Assembly (NCBI GenBank): GCA_017553445.1
Contig: JAFZMD010000091.1
Span: 12,164 to 76,163 of the forward strand
Direction: 5' to 3'
DNA: 64,000 nt
DNA from: Methanobrevibacter sp.
GTDB taxonomy: Archaea > Methanobacteriota > Methanobacteria > Methanobacteriales > Methanobacteriaceae
Shown here: piece after piece, positions 39,521 through 48,202 of the stretch
How positions within the stretch are numbered: the first letter of the stretch is position 1
How the letters are laid out: each line of letters opens with the position of its first letter
The notes under the pieces: generated by a model
Database searches by the model: none
What the model saw: only the letters and a program-made list of their open reading frames with translations
Told to the model about the DNA's origin: nothing
Program-made: the position numbers and the translations under genes

Positions 39521-40594
39521 ATGATTAATGTAATTGGAATTGGTCAGAATAGAGAAAACATGACCTTAGGAGCTATAAAAGCTATTGAAGATTCTGATGT
39601 TATTATTGGTTATAAAAAATATATCAACCAAATAGAAGACCTTATTGAAGGTAAGGAAATTTTAAAAAAAGGAATGGGAGACGAAATAGCTAGAGCGGAA
39701 GTTGCTATTCAAAAAAGTAAAGAGGGCCAAACGGTTTCATTAATCAGTTCAGGAGATCCTGGCGTTTTTGGAATGGCTAATGTTTTATATCAGATACTTT
39801 CAAAGTATGAAGATGTTGAAGTAAAAGTTTATCCTGGTGTTTCAGCCCTTAATTATGCATCATCCAAGTTAGGAGCTCCTTTAAATGATTTTGCAGCAAT
39901 CAGTTTAAGCAATATTTTGACTCCACTGTCTGAAATAGAAAAGAAGTTAAGATATGCACTTGAAGCTAATTTAATTGTTGCAATTTATAATCCTATTAGT
40001 AAAACACGCAAAGAACCTTTCAGGAGATTCAAACAATGTGTTTTAGATATTAAGGGGGAAGATGCTTTAATAGGTATTGTAGATAGTACATATGAACCTG
40101 CAAACGAAACAATCGTTAAAGTTAAAGATTTGACAGAAGATATTGTCAATATGTCCTGTACTTTGATTGTCGGAAATGATTTGACTTATGTTCAGGATGA
40201 CAAGTTAGTGACTCCAAGAGGTTATGTAATAAGAACTCCGATTCATGAGCTTTCAAGAAATCATTATGAGAAATTCATAAATGGCGAAATCGCCCACGGG
40301 CCTAACCATGAATGTGAATATTATCCTTGCCATTGGGACGGTCAGTACTGTGATTTCTGCTATTGTCCTTTTTATCCCTGCGGTGATTCTTCAACCGGTG
40401 GCGAGTGGATAAAAGGCAAAAATGTTTGGAACTGTAAGAATTGTTTCTGGCCTCATCAAAAAGAAGCTGTCAATTGCATTAGGGAACCTTTAGAAGAAAT
40501 TTTAGAGGAAGTTGATGATTTAAAATCTAAGAAAAAAACCTTATTAAAATTAAGAAGAGCATGTTTATTAAATAATAATCCAAGGGATTTGTAA
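39521..40594 (+). CDS. cbiH: Cobalt-factor III / precorrin-3B C17-methyltransferase CbiH fused to a C-terminal cysteine-rich domain
   Basis: VIGIGQNRENMTLGA, VIIGYKKY, SSGDPGVFGMA. C-terminal HECEYYPCHWDGQYCDFCYCPFYPCGD...WNCKNCFWPH. Confidence 0.85.
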   Translation: MINVIGIGQNRENMTLGAIKAIEDSDVIIGYKKYINQIEDLIEGKEILKKGMGDEIARAEVAIQKSKEGQTVSLISSGDPGVFGMANVLYQILSKYEDVEVKVYPGVSALNYASSKLGAPLNDFAAISLSNILTPLSEIEKKLRYALEANLIVAIYNPISKTRKEPFRRFKQCVLDIKGEDALIGIVDSTYEPANETIVKVKDLTEDIVNMSCTLIVGNDLTYVQDDKLVTPRGYVIRTPIHELSRNHYEKFINGEIAHGPNHECEYYPCHWDGQYCDFCYCPFYPCGDSSTGGEWIKGKNVWNCKNCFWPHQKEAVNCIREPLEEILEEVDDLKSKKKTLLKLRRACLLNNNPRDL

Positions 40595-40606
40595 GAGGGA
40601 ATAAAA

Positions 40607-41206
40607 ATGTCGATTAAAAATCTTTTAATAGAAATGAAAAATATGTCGGAGCTAATGGTTGATTTAGCTTACTCGGCTGTTTTATTTAATAGTATTGACG
40701 CTGCTGAAGAGGTATTAACCTTGGAAAATAGAGTTAATGCTATGAACTATGAAATTAAGAAAGAATCATTGGTTGCAGCCAGGTCTTATGAAGATGCTGA
40801 AAAATTAACCGCATTGCTTGAAATTGCTGAAGCTGCTGAAAGTATGGCAAATGCTGCAAAAGATTTGGCTGATTTAGTAATTAAAGGTATTAAACCGCAT
40901 CCTGTTTTCAAGATGGTAATGGAAGAATCTGACAAAATGATTGCTAGAATTGGTGTAGTTAATGAGTCTGATTTAGCAAATAAAACTTTAGGAGAATTAT
41001 TATTAGTTAATCGTACAGGAATGCGTGTAATAGCTATTAGAAGAGGAGAATCATGGATTTATGGACCAGATAAAAATACTATGATTCTTGCAAACGATAT
41101 TTTAATTTTAAAAGGAACGGATGAAGGTGCAGACCTTTTAAGAAAATTGGCATCTGGATCCTGTTCACTAGAAGATATTCAAGAAGAATTAGATGACGAA
41201 GATTAA
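40607..41206 (+). CDS. PhoU-like plus TrkA-C domain regulatory protein
   Basis: 199 aa. An N-terminal helical PhoU-like region, then the TrkA-C pattern [11 protein letters not shown]...[10 protein letters not shown]...IL..DILILKG. Confidence 0.7.
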   Translation: MSIKNLLIEMKNMSELMVDLAYSAVLFNSIDAAEEVLTLENRVNAMNYEIKKESLVAARSYEDAEKLTALLEIAEAAESMANAAKDLADLVIKGIKPHPVFKMVMEESDKMIARIGVVNESDLANKTLGELLLVNRTGMRVIAIRRGESWIYGPDKNTMILANDILILKGTDEGADLLRKLASGSCSLEDIQEELDDED

Positions 41207-41248
41207 ACTTTTTACGATGTGATATAATGATAGGGGGTAGTGATATGC

Positions 41249-42505
41249 ATGAAAGCAAAAAAGAAGAAGATTCGCACTTCACTATCTTCATTTCAAAACT
41301 TTTTTTCAGAATATAATTCTGTAATTAAAGAAAGCTTCATTGCTCTTTTAATTTGTGCTTTAGGAGATTTGTTTGCTGGAATTATTTTAGGAAACATGAC
41401 CTTTTTCTTAGAGACATTTCCAGGTTTGCTTGTTATTATTCCTGGTGCAATTGGTATGAGAGGAAATATTTTTGGCTCTTTTGCTTCAAGGCTATCAACT
41501 AATTTACATATTGGTATGATATCTCCCAAATTTGAGTTATCAGAACAGTTGAATAATAATATTGTTTCATCATTTGTCTTGACATTGATATTATCATTGT
41601 TTTTAGCAATAGCCGCCAAAGTATTCTGTATATTATTGCATTTTGAATCAATGTCCTTGATGGATTTTATTTTAATCAGTATTATGGCCGGAGTTATTTC
41701 CAATTTGATAATGCTTCCAATAACTATGCTTATTTCATTTAAGAGTTTTAGTCATGGATGGGATCCCGATAATGTTACAACCCCAATTATTGCTGCTGCT
41801 GGAGATTTATTAACACTGCCGGCTATTATAGCTTCCGTTTACATTTTATCATTCTTGAATTTTAATTTTATGATTAAAAATGTTATTTTTATTATAATAA
41901 TTGTTTTAGTCATTTCTGCATTTGTTTATGCCATTAAAATGTCCAGCGAATCCAAAAACATTATCACTCAATCTGCACCGGTATTGTTATTGTGTTCTCT
42001 ATTGGGTGTTTCAGCCGGTGCAATATTGAATAATTCTCTTGAAACATTGCTTACAAATAATACGCTTCTCACGTTATTACCTTTATTCTCTGGAATGTGT
42101 GGCAGTTTAGTTAGCATATTAAGTGCCAGATTATCTTCCGGTATTCACTATGGTTTGATTGAACCTTTAAAAAGGCCTCAAGGAGAAACGATTCCTAACT
42201 TTTTAGTCTGTTATGTTCTAGCTATTGTGATGTTTCCTTTAATTGGATTCATTTCTGAAGATTCAACTATTCTTTTAGGTTCAACGGGTGTGGGTTTCAT
42301 TAATATAATTCTCATTTCATTGATTTCAGGTTTTATTCTAATATCAATAATGATTTTTGTCGTTTATTACATTTCAATCACCTCATATAATCATAACTTG
42401 GATCCGGATAATATTGTAATTCCTATTTCAGCAAGTTTCACGGATGCAATATCCAGTTTAATACTTATTTCAGTTTCACTTTTAATTCTTGGAGCTTTAA
42501 TTTAA
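41249..42505 (+). CDS. MgtE-like divalent-cation transporter membrane protein (two MgtE-type TM modules)
   Basis: Start taken at ATG 41249 (AGGGGG lies 11 nt upstream). Duplicated PGAIGMRGNIFGSFASRLST and PLFSGMCGSLVSILSARLSS blocks. DPDN motifs repeated. Confidence 0.7.
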   Translation: MKAKKKKIRTSLSSFQNFFSEYNSVIKESFIALLICALGDLFAGIILGNMTFFLETFPGLLVIIPGAIGMRGNIFGSFASRLSTNLHIGMISPKFELSEQLNNNIVSSFVLTLILSLFLAIAAKVFCILLHFESMSLMDFILISIMAGVISNLIMLPITMLISFKSFSHGWDPDNVTTPIIAAAGDLLTLPAIIASVYILSFLNFNFMIKNVIFIIIIVLVISAFVYAIKMSSESKNIITQSAPVLLLCSLLGVSAGAILNNSLETLLTNNTLLTLLPLFSGMCGSLVSILSARLSSGIHYGLIEPLKRPQGETIPNFLVCYVLAIVMFPLIGFISEDSTILLGSTGVGFINIILISLISGFILISIMIFVVYYISITSYNHNLDPDNIVIPISASFTDAISSLILISVSLLILGALI

Positions 42506-43380
42506 CTCCAAGCTTTTATTTTAAACTCACAGGGTTGTGTTGTAAAATAATTGTAATTTAGTTTATCCTTATCAAAATCCTTTGGAACTCCAACCAGCAC
42601 GGCTTTAACATCATTTTTGTTTAAATGTATGAAGACTATAGAAGAGGAATCATTCAAATCAAACAGTTCGTTTAATCTATTATTCAAATAGATTTTTGAA
42701 TTTGTAACTCTTTGGCCTTTGTAGCTTTTAGAATGTGTATTGTCGATTGAATATTCACATTCAAGTCTTTCGCTGTCATCAAACAATAGATAATAGTCCG
42801 TCTTTTTTAAATTTCCTTTAAATAGCTTAAAGTAGTTGCAGCTATAGTCCTTTTGATTGTGGTTGTGGTTGCATTTTCCATCAATTTTAAAGTCACAAAT
42901 TGCATATTTTTTGAAAAAATCGCATTTTACAAGTCTGCTTACACTGTAAACATTACCTCTTTCAATATCTGATGAACCTATTTTTACACTTGAAATTGAT
43001 GTCTCACAAGGTATTAGCTCCATCGATGAGGAAAACTTATTATTGAATATTCTTTTTGTAACCAAATTGTTATAATCTCTGCCGAGTTCTAGAAATTTAA
43101 AGTATGAAACACTGTTTTCTATTGTATTTCCCTCTGAATTAATGATTGCCAGACCCACTCTTTTTGATTTAAAGTCTTCCCAATTGATTGGCATACCTGG
43201 ATCATTAATTAAACTATCAGCTACTTCATTGATTGTTTTTTCGATATTGTTGTTTTCTACACTTTTGGAAATCTTTTCCTGTGAAACTTCAGATACAAAG
43301 GAAGTAATACCTAAAATCAATAGTATCATGATTCCCACCACCACTATTTCAAGTGTAAAATTTCCATTGTTATCCATCAT
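42502..43380 (-). CDS. Type IV pilin-like (class III signal) protein with Cys-rich globular domain
   Basis: With start ATG 43380 the N-terminus is MMDNNGNFTLEIVVVGIMILLILGITSF (G then NFTLE, with Glu at +5 after Gly, then a hydrophobic helix). 8 Cys in the rest. The track ORF start at 43404 is an alternative. Confidence 0.5.
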   Translation of the reverse strand: MMDNNGNFTLEIVVVGIMILLILGITSFVSEVSQEKISKSVENNNIEKTINEVADSLINDPGMPINWEDFKSKRVGLAIINSEGNTIENSVSYFKFLELGRDYNNLVTKRIFNNKFSSSMELIPCETSISSVKIGSSDIERGNVYSVSRLVKCDFFKKYAICDFKIDGKCNHNHNQKDYSCNYFKLFKGNLKKTDYYLLFDDSERLECEYSIDNTHSKSYKGQRVTNSKIYLNNRLNELFDLNDSSSIVFIHLNKNDVKAVLVGVPKDFDKDKLNYNYFTTQPCEFKIKAWS

Positions 43381-44311
43381 GAACCAACCCATATTTTTTT
43401 GCATGAGATGAGTCTAGAATCAAACTGGTTGGATCCAATTTGTTTAGCCTTTCACCTTCATATCTATCATGAAATACTACATGATCAGAACAGGATACGC
43501 TTTCATTGTTTGTGGTAATGGTTCGAATGAAGACTTCCATTCCGTAATGTGGGCATACTCCTTTTCCATCCAATCTGCATAAATAACAACTTCCGTCTGC
43601 ACTTTCATGAAAATATCCTTGCTTTAAACAGTCTTTAAGCGTATCGCCATCACCATGATGAACGTATGGGTCATATGGACATTTTTTAATAATTAAGGGC
43701 GATGAAGCCAAGATATATGATTCATATGAATCCACATTATGTGCTCTTAAATATTTTGCAAGGGCTTCAAAATAGTAGATTGTTGTGCTGTCGTGATTAA
43801 TGTTGCTGTAAAGTTTAGGTAGCATTGCATAAGGAAGCGGATCATATAAACCTTCAATCGATGAATTGCTCTCTAAGATACCATCGAACTTTTCATTGTC
43901 CTTATCGGCCTTTAAACGGACTTTAAACAATATTTTCCAAGGGCTATCTGTGCTTTCTACAGATAAAACTTCACTTCTAATATTAATACCATATTTCTTT
44001 TTATATTCGCTGTTAACGTCTTTCAGTTTATTGTTTAAGATTTTCTTAATGTCGCTTCTACTGTCATGTATGAAATGGGCATGATATAGTCTATCAGTTT
44101 CTTCAGCTATCGAATCCCTTCCAAGTTGCTCCAAATTTTTATTGTAATCCTCTATGATATACTTAAAATTATCATCAGATATTGAATTTATATTTTCATT
44201 TTCCATGTAATCTATACTATTTACAATGAAAATAACAATTAGAACAATAGAAAGAATCAAAATAACTGTCGTTCCTGTTATTATATTTCCGTTATTATCT
44301 ATTGAATACAT
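43370..44311 (-). CDS. Type IV pilin-like (class III signal) protein with Cys/His-rich globular domain
   Basis: N-terminus MYSIDNNGNIITGTTVILILSIVLIVIFIV shares the DNNGN leader with the downstream gene. C-terminal CPYDPYVHHGDGD...C...CYLC...CPH cluster. Confidence 0.5.
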   Translation of the reverse strand: MYSIDNNGNIITGTTVILILSIVLIVIFIVNSIDYMENENINSISDDNFKYIIEDYNKNLEQLGRDSIAEETDRLYHAHFIHDSRSDIKKILNNKLKDVNSEYKKKYGINIRSEVLSVESTDSPWKILFKVRLKADKDNEKFDGILESNSSIEGLYDPLPYAMLPKLYSNINHDSTTIYYFEALAKYLRAHNVDSYESYILASSPLIIKKCPYDPYVHHGDGDTLKDCLKQGYFHESADGSCYLCRLDGKGVCPHYGMEVFIRTITTNNESVSCSDHVVFHDRYEGERLNKLDPTSLILDSSHAKKYGLVHDG

Positions 44312-44471
44312 GTGATAAAATTAGAATAATATTTTTAATATTAGTTGTTGAAGTGCGATTGTGTGATTTTTTCAACCATTTATATATGAAATTTTTAATA
44401 GACTTTAAGTTAATTTTTTATATTATAGGAATAATAAGTAGTAATAATTAAAAAAATATTTGGAGGATACC

Positions 44472-44870
44472 ATGTCAGATACTGTTAGAATGTGGCGTCA
44501 TATACAACAAAGATACAGTCTTGTTGGTTCAAAATGTAATGAGTGTGGTGATGTATTTTTCCCATCTCGTGTTGTTTGCCCAAATTGTAGGAGAAAAGGA
44601 AAATTAGAACCGTTCCAATTTTCCGGTAAAGGAAAAATATATACTTATTCTGTTATTAGATCACCTCCTGATGATTTCAAAAAAATGGCACCTTATGCCG
44701 TTGCTGTTATTGAATTGGAAGAAGGTGCTAAATTAACTTCTCAACTTGTTGATTGTGATGTTGATGATATTGAAATTGGTGATCCTGTAGAAATGGTCTT
44801 TAGAAGAATTTCTGAAGATGGCCCTGATGGCGTTATTTCTTATGGATTTAAGTTTAAGCCAATTAAATAA
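44472..44870 (+). CDS. DUF35-family Zn-ribbon/OB-fold protein (thiolase/HMG-CoA synthase-associated type)
   Basis: Start at ATG 44472 after GGAGG. CNECGDVFFPSRVVCPNCRRKG zinc ribbon followed by an OB-fold-like region. Confidence 0.8.
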   Translation: MSDTVRMWRHIQQRYSLVGSKCNECGDVFFPSRVVCPNCRRKGKLEPFQFSGKGKIYTYSVIRSPPDDFKKMAPYAVAVIELEEGAKLTSQLVDCDVDDIEIGDPVEMVFRRISEDGPDGVISYGFKFKPIK

Positions 44871-44962
44871 TTTTTTTTTAGGGGGGTTAATACTTTCCTT
44901 TAATACTTTTCTATTTTTTTTAATAACTAATTTTAAATAATACTATTTTTCAAAATATTATT

Positions 44963-45871
44963 ATGTCAAATTATGCGATTATACTTATTAGCCATGGTAG
45001 TAGTTTACCTTATGGCGAAGAAACTTTTAGCGAAATTAAAGATAAATTTGTTAATAAAACAGGACTTCCAACTGAAGTTGGTTACATGAAGGTATCGAGT
45101 CCATCCATTGCCGGGGCGGTTGAAAATTTAAAAGATGAAGTTGAAGATTTGGATAGAATTATTGCACTTCCCGTCTTTTTAGCTCCAGGAATTCACACTA
45201 ACATTGATATCCCAATACTTCTGGGTTTGGATCCATTAGAAGAAGACCCTAGATGTCCTGATGGAAATTATCCGGATGAGCATTATTTGTCAATAGCTGA
45301 TGATGTTGACTTTGATGGTGAAATTGTATTGTTGCCCCCTATTGGTCCCGATGATGATTTATTGAAATTCATTGATAAAAGAATTGAGGAAATGTTAACT
45401 GATTCTGAATTGGATGAGGATGCTAAGACTGGAGTTTTACTTGTTTCACATGGAAGCAGATTAAAATACAATAAAGAATTTATTTCATCATTATTCTCTA
45501 AATTTGAAAAAACAACTAATTATCCATGCAGTTTTGGATTCATGGAATTGGAAAAGCCTAGCATTCCAGAATCTATTGATAAATTACTTTATGAAAATGA
45601 AATCGAAAGGTTAATTGTTGTGCCTGTTTTCATTGCTCCGGGTGTTCATACAACCAATGACATTCCTACAATTTTAGGTTTAAAAGAGGGTCATTCCCAT
45701 GAGCATCATCATCACCATCATGACCACGACCACAACCATGATCACGGTCATGACCACCATCATGATTTGACTACAATTGATTTTGATGGCGAAATCTTAT
45801 ATCCTGAACCGATTAAGGCTGACGATATATTAATCGACATTTTAGTTAAAAAAGTTAATAATGCATTATAA
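44963..45871 (+). CDS. cbiX: Tandem-fused CbiX-type class II chelatase (two CbiX-small modules in one chain) with His-rich insert in the second module
   Basis: Module 1: ILISHGSSL...LPVFLAPGIHT. Module 2: LLVSHGSRL...VPVFIAPGVHT followed by EGHSHEHHHHHHDHDHNHDHGHDHHHD. Confidence 0.8.
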   Translation: MSNYAIILISHGSSLPYGEETFSEIKDKFVNKTGLPTEVGYMKVSSPSIAGAVENLKDEVEDLDRIIALPVFLAPGIHTNIDIPILLGLDPLEEDPRCPDGNYPDEHYLSIADDVDFDGEIVLLPPIGPDDDLLKFIDKRIEEMLTDSELDEDAKTGVLLVSHGSRLKYNKEFISSLFSKFEKTTNYPCSFGFMELEKPSIPESIDKLLYENEIERLIVVPVFIAPGVHTTNDIPTILGLKEGHSHEHHHHHHDHDHNHDHGHDHHHDLTTIDFDGEILYPEPIKADDILIDILVKKVNNAL

Positions 45872-45964
45872 TTATTAACTTTATTAATTTTTTTAATTGG
45901 GTTTAAACCAAACTTTAAATATTTTTAATCATAAAATAGTAATATTAATAAATGAGATGTTATT

Positions 45965-46447
45965 ATGATTGATGAAAAAACTGGTATTTTACTTTTAAGC
46001 CACGGCAGTAGATTAGATGATGGTGAAGAAGTAATTAAAGCTTACACTGAAATGTATAAAGAAGAATACCCTGAAGCTATTATTGAATATGGATTCATGG
46101 AAATTAGAAAACCTGGAATTCCAGAAACAATTAATAAATTAACAAGAGGCAATGATTTAGAAAAAATTATTGTTGTCCCGGTCTTTGTTGCTCATGGACT
46201 TCACACAAAAAGGGATATTCCATCATTGCTTGGAATCGAAAGTGATTTCACTGAAGAGGATGCTCACGGTCACGGACATCATCACCATCATGGCCACGAC
46301 CACGGGCATGGCCACGGACATCATCATCACCATCATGATGAAGAAGAGGAATTCGATTTTGATGGTGAAATAATTTTAACAGACCCTCTTGGCATTGATA
46401 CAAGATTATACGATATTATTAAAGATAGAATTTCAGAACACTTGTAA
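45965..46447 (+). CDS. Small CbiX-type chelatase (CbiX-small/CfbA-like) with His-rich insert
   Basis: LLLSHGSRL...VPVFVAHGLHT followed by HGHGHHHHHGHDHGHGHGHHHHHHDEEEE. Confidence 0.8.
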   Translation: MIDEKTGILLLSHGSRLDDGEEVIKAYTEMYKEEYPEAIIEYGFMEIRKPGIPETINKLTRGNDLEKIIVVPVFVAHGLHTKRDIPSLLGIESDFTEEDAHGHGHHHHHGHDHGHGHGHHHHHHDEEEEFDFDGEIILTDPLGIDTRLYDIIKDRISEHL

Positions 46448-46573
46448 TTGTTCTTTTTTCTTTATTTTTTTTTGTTTTTTTGTTTTGATGATGAATTTTA
46501 TTTTTTAGAAAAATTTATATATTATTCATAGTATAATTTAGATTACATTATAATTTTTTTAAATGTGATATAT

Positions 46574-48118
46574 ATGAAAATTAAAAATGTTTTTTTAATT
46601 TCTATTGTTTTATTAGCTATTTTTTCAATTTCTGCAGTGAGTGCTGAAAGTATAGCTGATGAAAATGTAGAAATAATTAGTGGAGATTTTAATTCAAACA
46701 ATGATTTTGGCAATGTTTTAAGTAATTATAATTTAGATGATAGTTATGGTGCTGGAGAAAGCGAAGATGGCGATGATTCAATTAACAATGCTTCTTCTAT
46801 AGAATCCAGTGATTTAGTGAAGTATTATAGAAATGATTCTCAATATGAAGCTACTTTTTATGACGCTGATGGAAATCCTTTAGTTAATGAGTCAATTCCT
46901 ATTTCCATTAATGGTGCAAATTATAATAGAACTACCAATACATCCGGTATAATGAAGTTTTCAATTAATTTGGCGCCTGGTGACTATGTTATTAAAGTAA
47001 CTAACCCGGTAACCAATGAAAGCGCTTCAAATAATGTTACAGTATTATCAACATTGATAAGTAATGATGTTGTTAAATATTATAAAAATGGTACTCAATA
47101 TTATATCACCGTTTTAAATGGTCAAGGCAATGCTTTAACTAATGCTACTGTTAGTTTAAATATCAATGGAGTATTTTATAACCGTACGACTGATAAAAAC
47201 GGTATTGCCCAATTAAAAATTAACTTGAACTCTGGTAAATATGTTATAACCGCAGAAGGACCTGATGGTCTTAAAGTATCCAATAACATTACAGTCAAAC
47301 CAACAATTGAAGGAAAAGACATCAAAAAGTATTATAAGAATGGAACCCAGTACTATGCTAATTTCACAGATGCTGAAGGTAATCCATTAGCTAATACCAA
47401 TGTAACATTCAATATTAACGGTGTAATGTATAATCGTAAAACTGATGCAAACGGTACTGCAAAGTTATCTATTAATTTGCCTGCTGGAAAATATGTTTTA
47501 ACAGCTATCAATCCGAATACTACTGAACAAATGTCTAACAATGTTGAAGTTTTAAGTAAAATAGCTGTTAAAAATTCCCAAAGCGGTGGAAACATCTCTA
47601 TGGAATACAATTCCAGTTCCAAATATAGCGTAACCCTTTATAATGATGATGGTACTTTGGCTAAAAATAAAGCTATAACCTTTAATATTAATGGAGTATT
47701 TTACAAAAGAACCAGTGATGAAAACGGTACTGCTTCATTAACTATTAACTTAAGACCTGGAGATTATGTTATCACCGGTGATTTTGAAGGATGTAAACAA
47801 TCTAATCTTATCAAAGTAAGAGTTACTCCTAATATCAAATTAGTATCCAGTACCCTTCATTTCAATGAATCTTTCAAATTCTATCTGACCGAGAAAAATT
47901 CAGGAAATCCAATTACAGGCGAACATTATGGTATATTTATATATAATAATACTCCATATGGAGCTCTTCCGGATATAAATGGTCTTGTAGAAATTAGTCA
48001 AAAATTCATTGGTCAAACATTCCCTGTTGGATTCAGCGACATGTTCTATTTCGGTATGCTTGATGATGGATATTATTCATCCATTTGGGTTTTGAATACT
48101 GTTAAAATTGTAGAATAG
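46574..48118 (+). CDS. Adhesin-like protein with five beta-sandwich repeat modules
   Basis: Start ATG 46574 (MKIKNVFLISIVLLAIFSISAVSA). Repeats KYY(K/R)N(G/D).QY...V.(F/I).INGV.YNR.TD.NG.A.L.INL..G.Y. Confidence 0.8.
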   Translation: MKIKNVFLISIVLLAIFSISAVSAESIADENVEIISGDFNSNNDFGNVLSNYNLDDSYGAGESEDGDDSINNASSIESSDLVKYYRNDSQYEATFYDADGNPLVNESIPISINGANYNRTTNTSGIMKFSINLAPGDYVIKVTNPVTNESASNNVTVLSTLISNDVVKYYKNGTQYYITVLNGQGNALTNATVSLNINGVFYNRTTDKNGIAQLKINLNSGKYVITAEGPDGLKVSNNITVKPTIEGKDIKKYYKNGTQYYANFTDAEGNPLANTNVTFNINGVMYNRKTDANGTAKLSINLPAGKYVLTAINPNTTEQMSNNVEVLSKIAVKNSQSGGNISMEYNSSSKYSVTLYNDDGTLAKNKAITFNINGVFYKRTSDENGTASLTINLRPGDYVITGDFEGCKQSNLIKVRVTPNIKLVSSTLHFNESFKFYLTEKNSGNPITGEHYGIFIYNNTPYGALPDINGLVEISQKFIGQTFPVGFSDMFYFGMLDDGYYSSIWVLNTVKIVE

Positions 48119-48122
48119 ATTT

Positions 48123-48170
48123 AATTAATGTGATTTTTCACATTAATTTTTTATTACTTTTTTTCTTAAG
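48123..48170 (+). terminator. 11-bp-stem hairpin plus T-rich tract after the adhesin gene
   Basis: AATTAATGTGA-TTTT-TCACATTAATT followed by TTTTTATTACTTTTTTT. Confidence 0.55.
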
Positions 48171-48202
48171 ATTTATTTATTTTAAAATTAATACTAATAT
48201 AC

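Noticed and set aside
41293-41703. 136-aa minus-strand ORF
   Set aside because: It is antisense to the MgtE-like gene, which has duplicated family motifs.
46170-46373. Alternative-frame ORF across the His-rich region of the small cbiX
   Set aside because: It is out of frame with a gene that has clear CbiX motifs, and the repetitive CAT/CAC sequence keeps several frames open.
44871-48202. Looked for cobalamin and TPP riboswitches upstream of the cbiX genes and thiL (and similarly upstream of cbiB and cbiH)
   Set aside because: No conserved cores (B12 box, or CUGAGA...ACCUGA for TPP) were seen by eye. A covariance-model scan would be needed to be sure.
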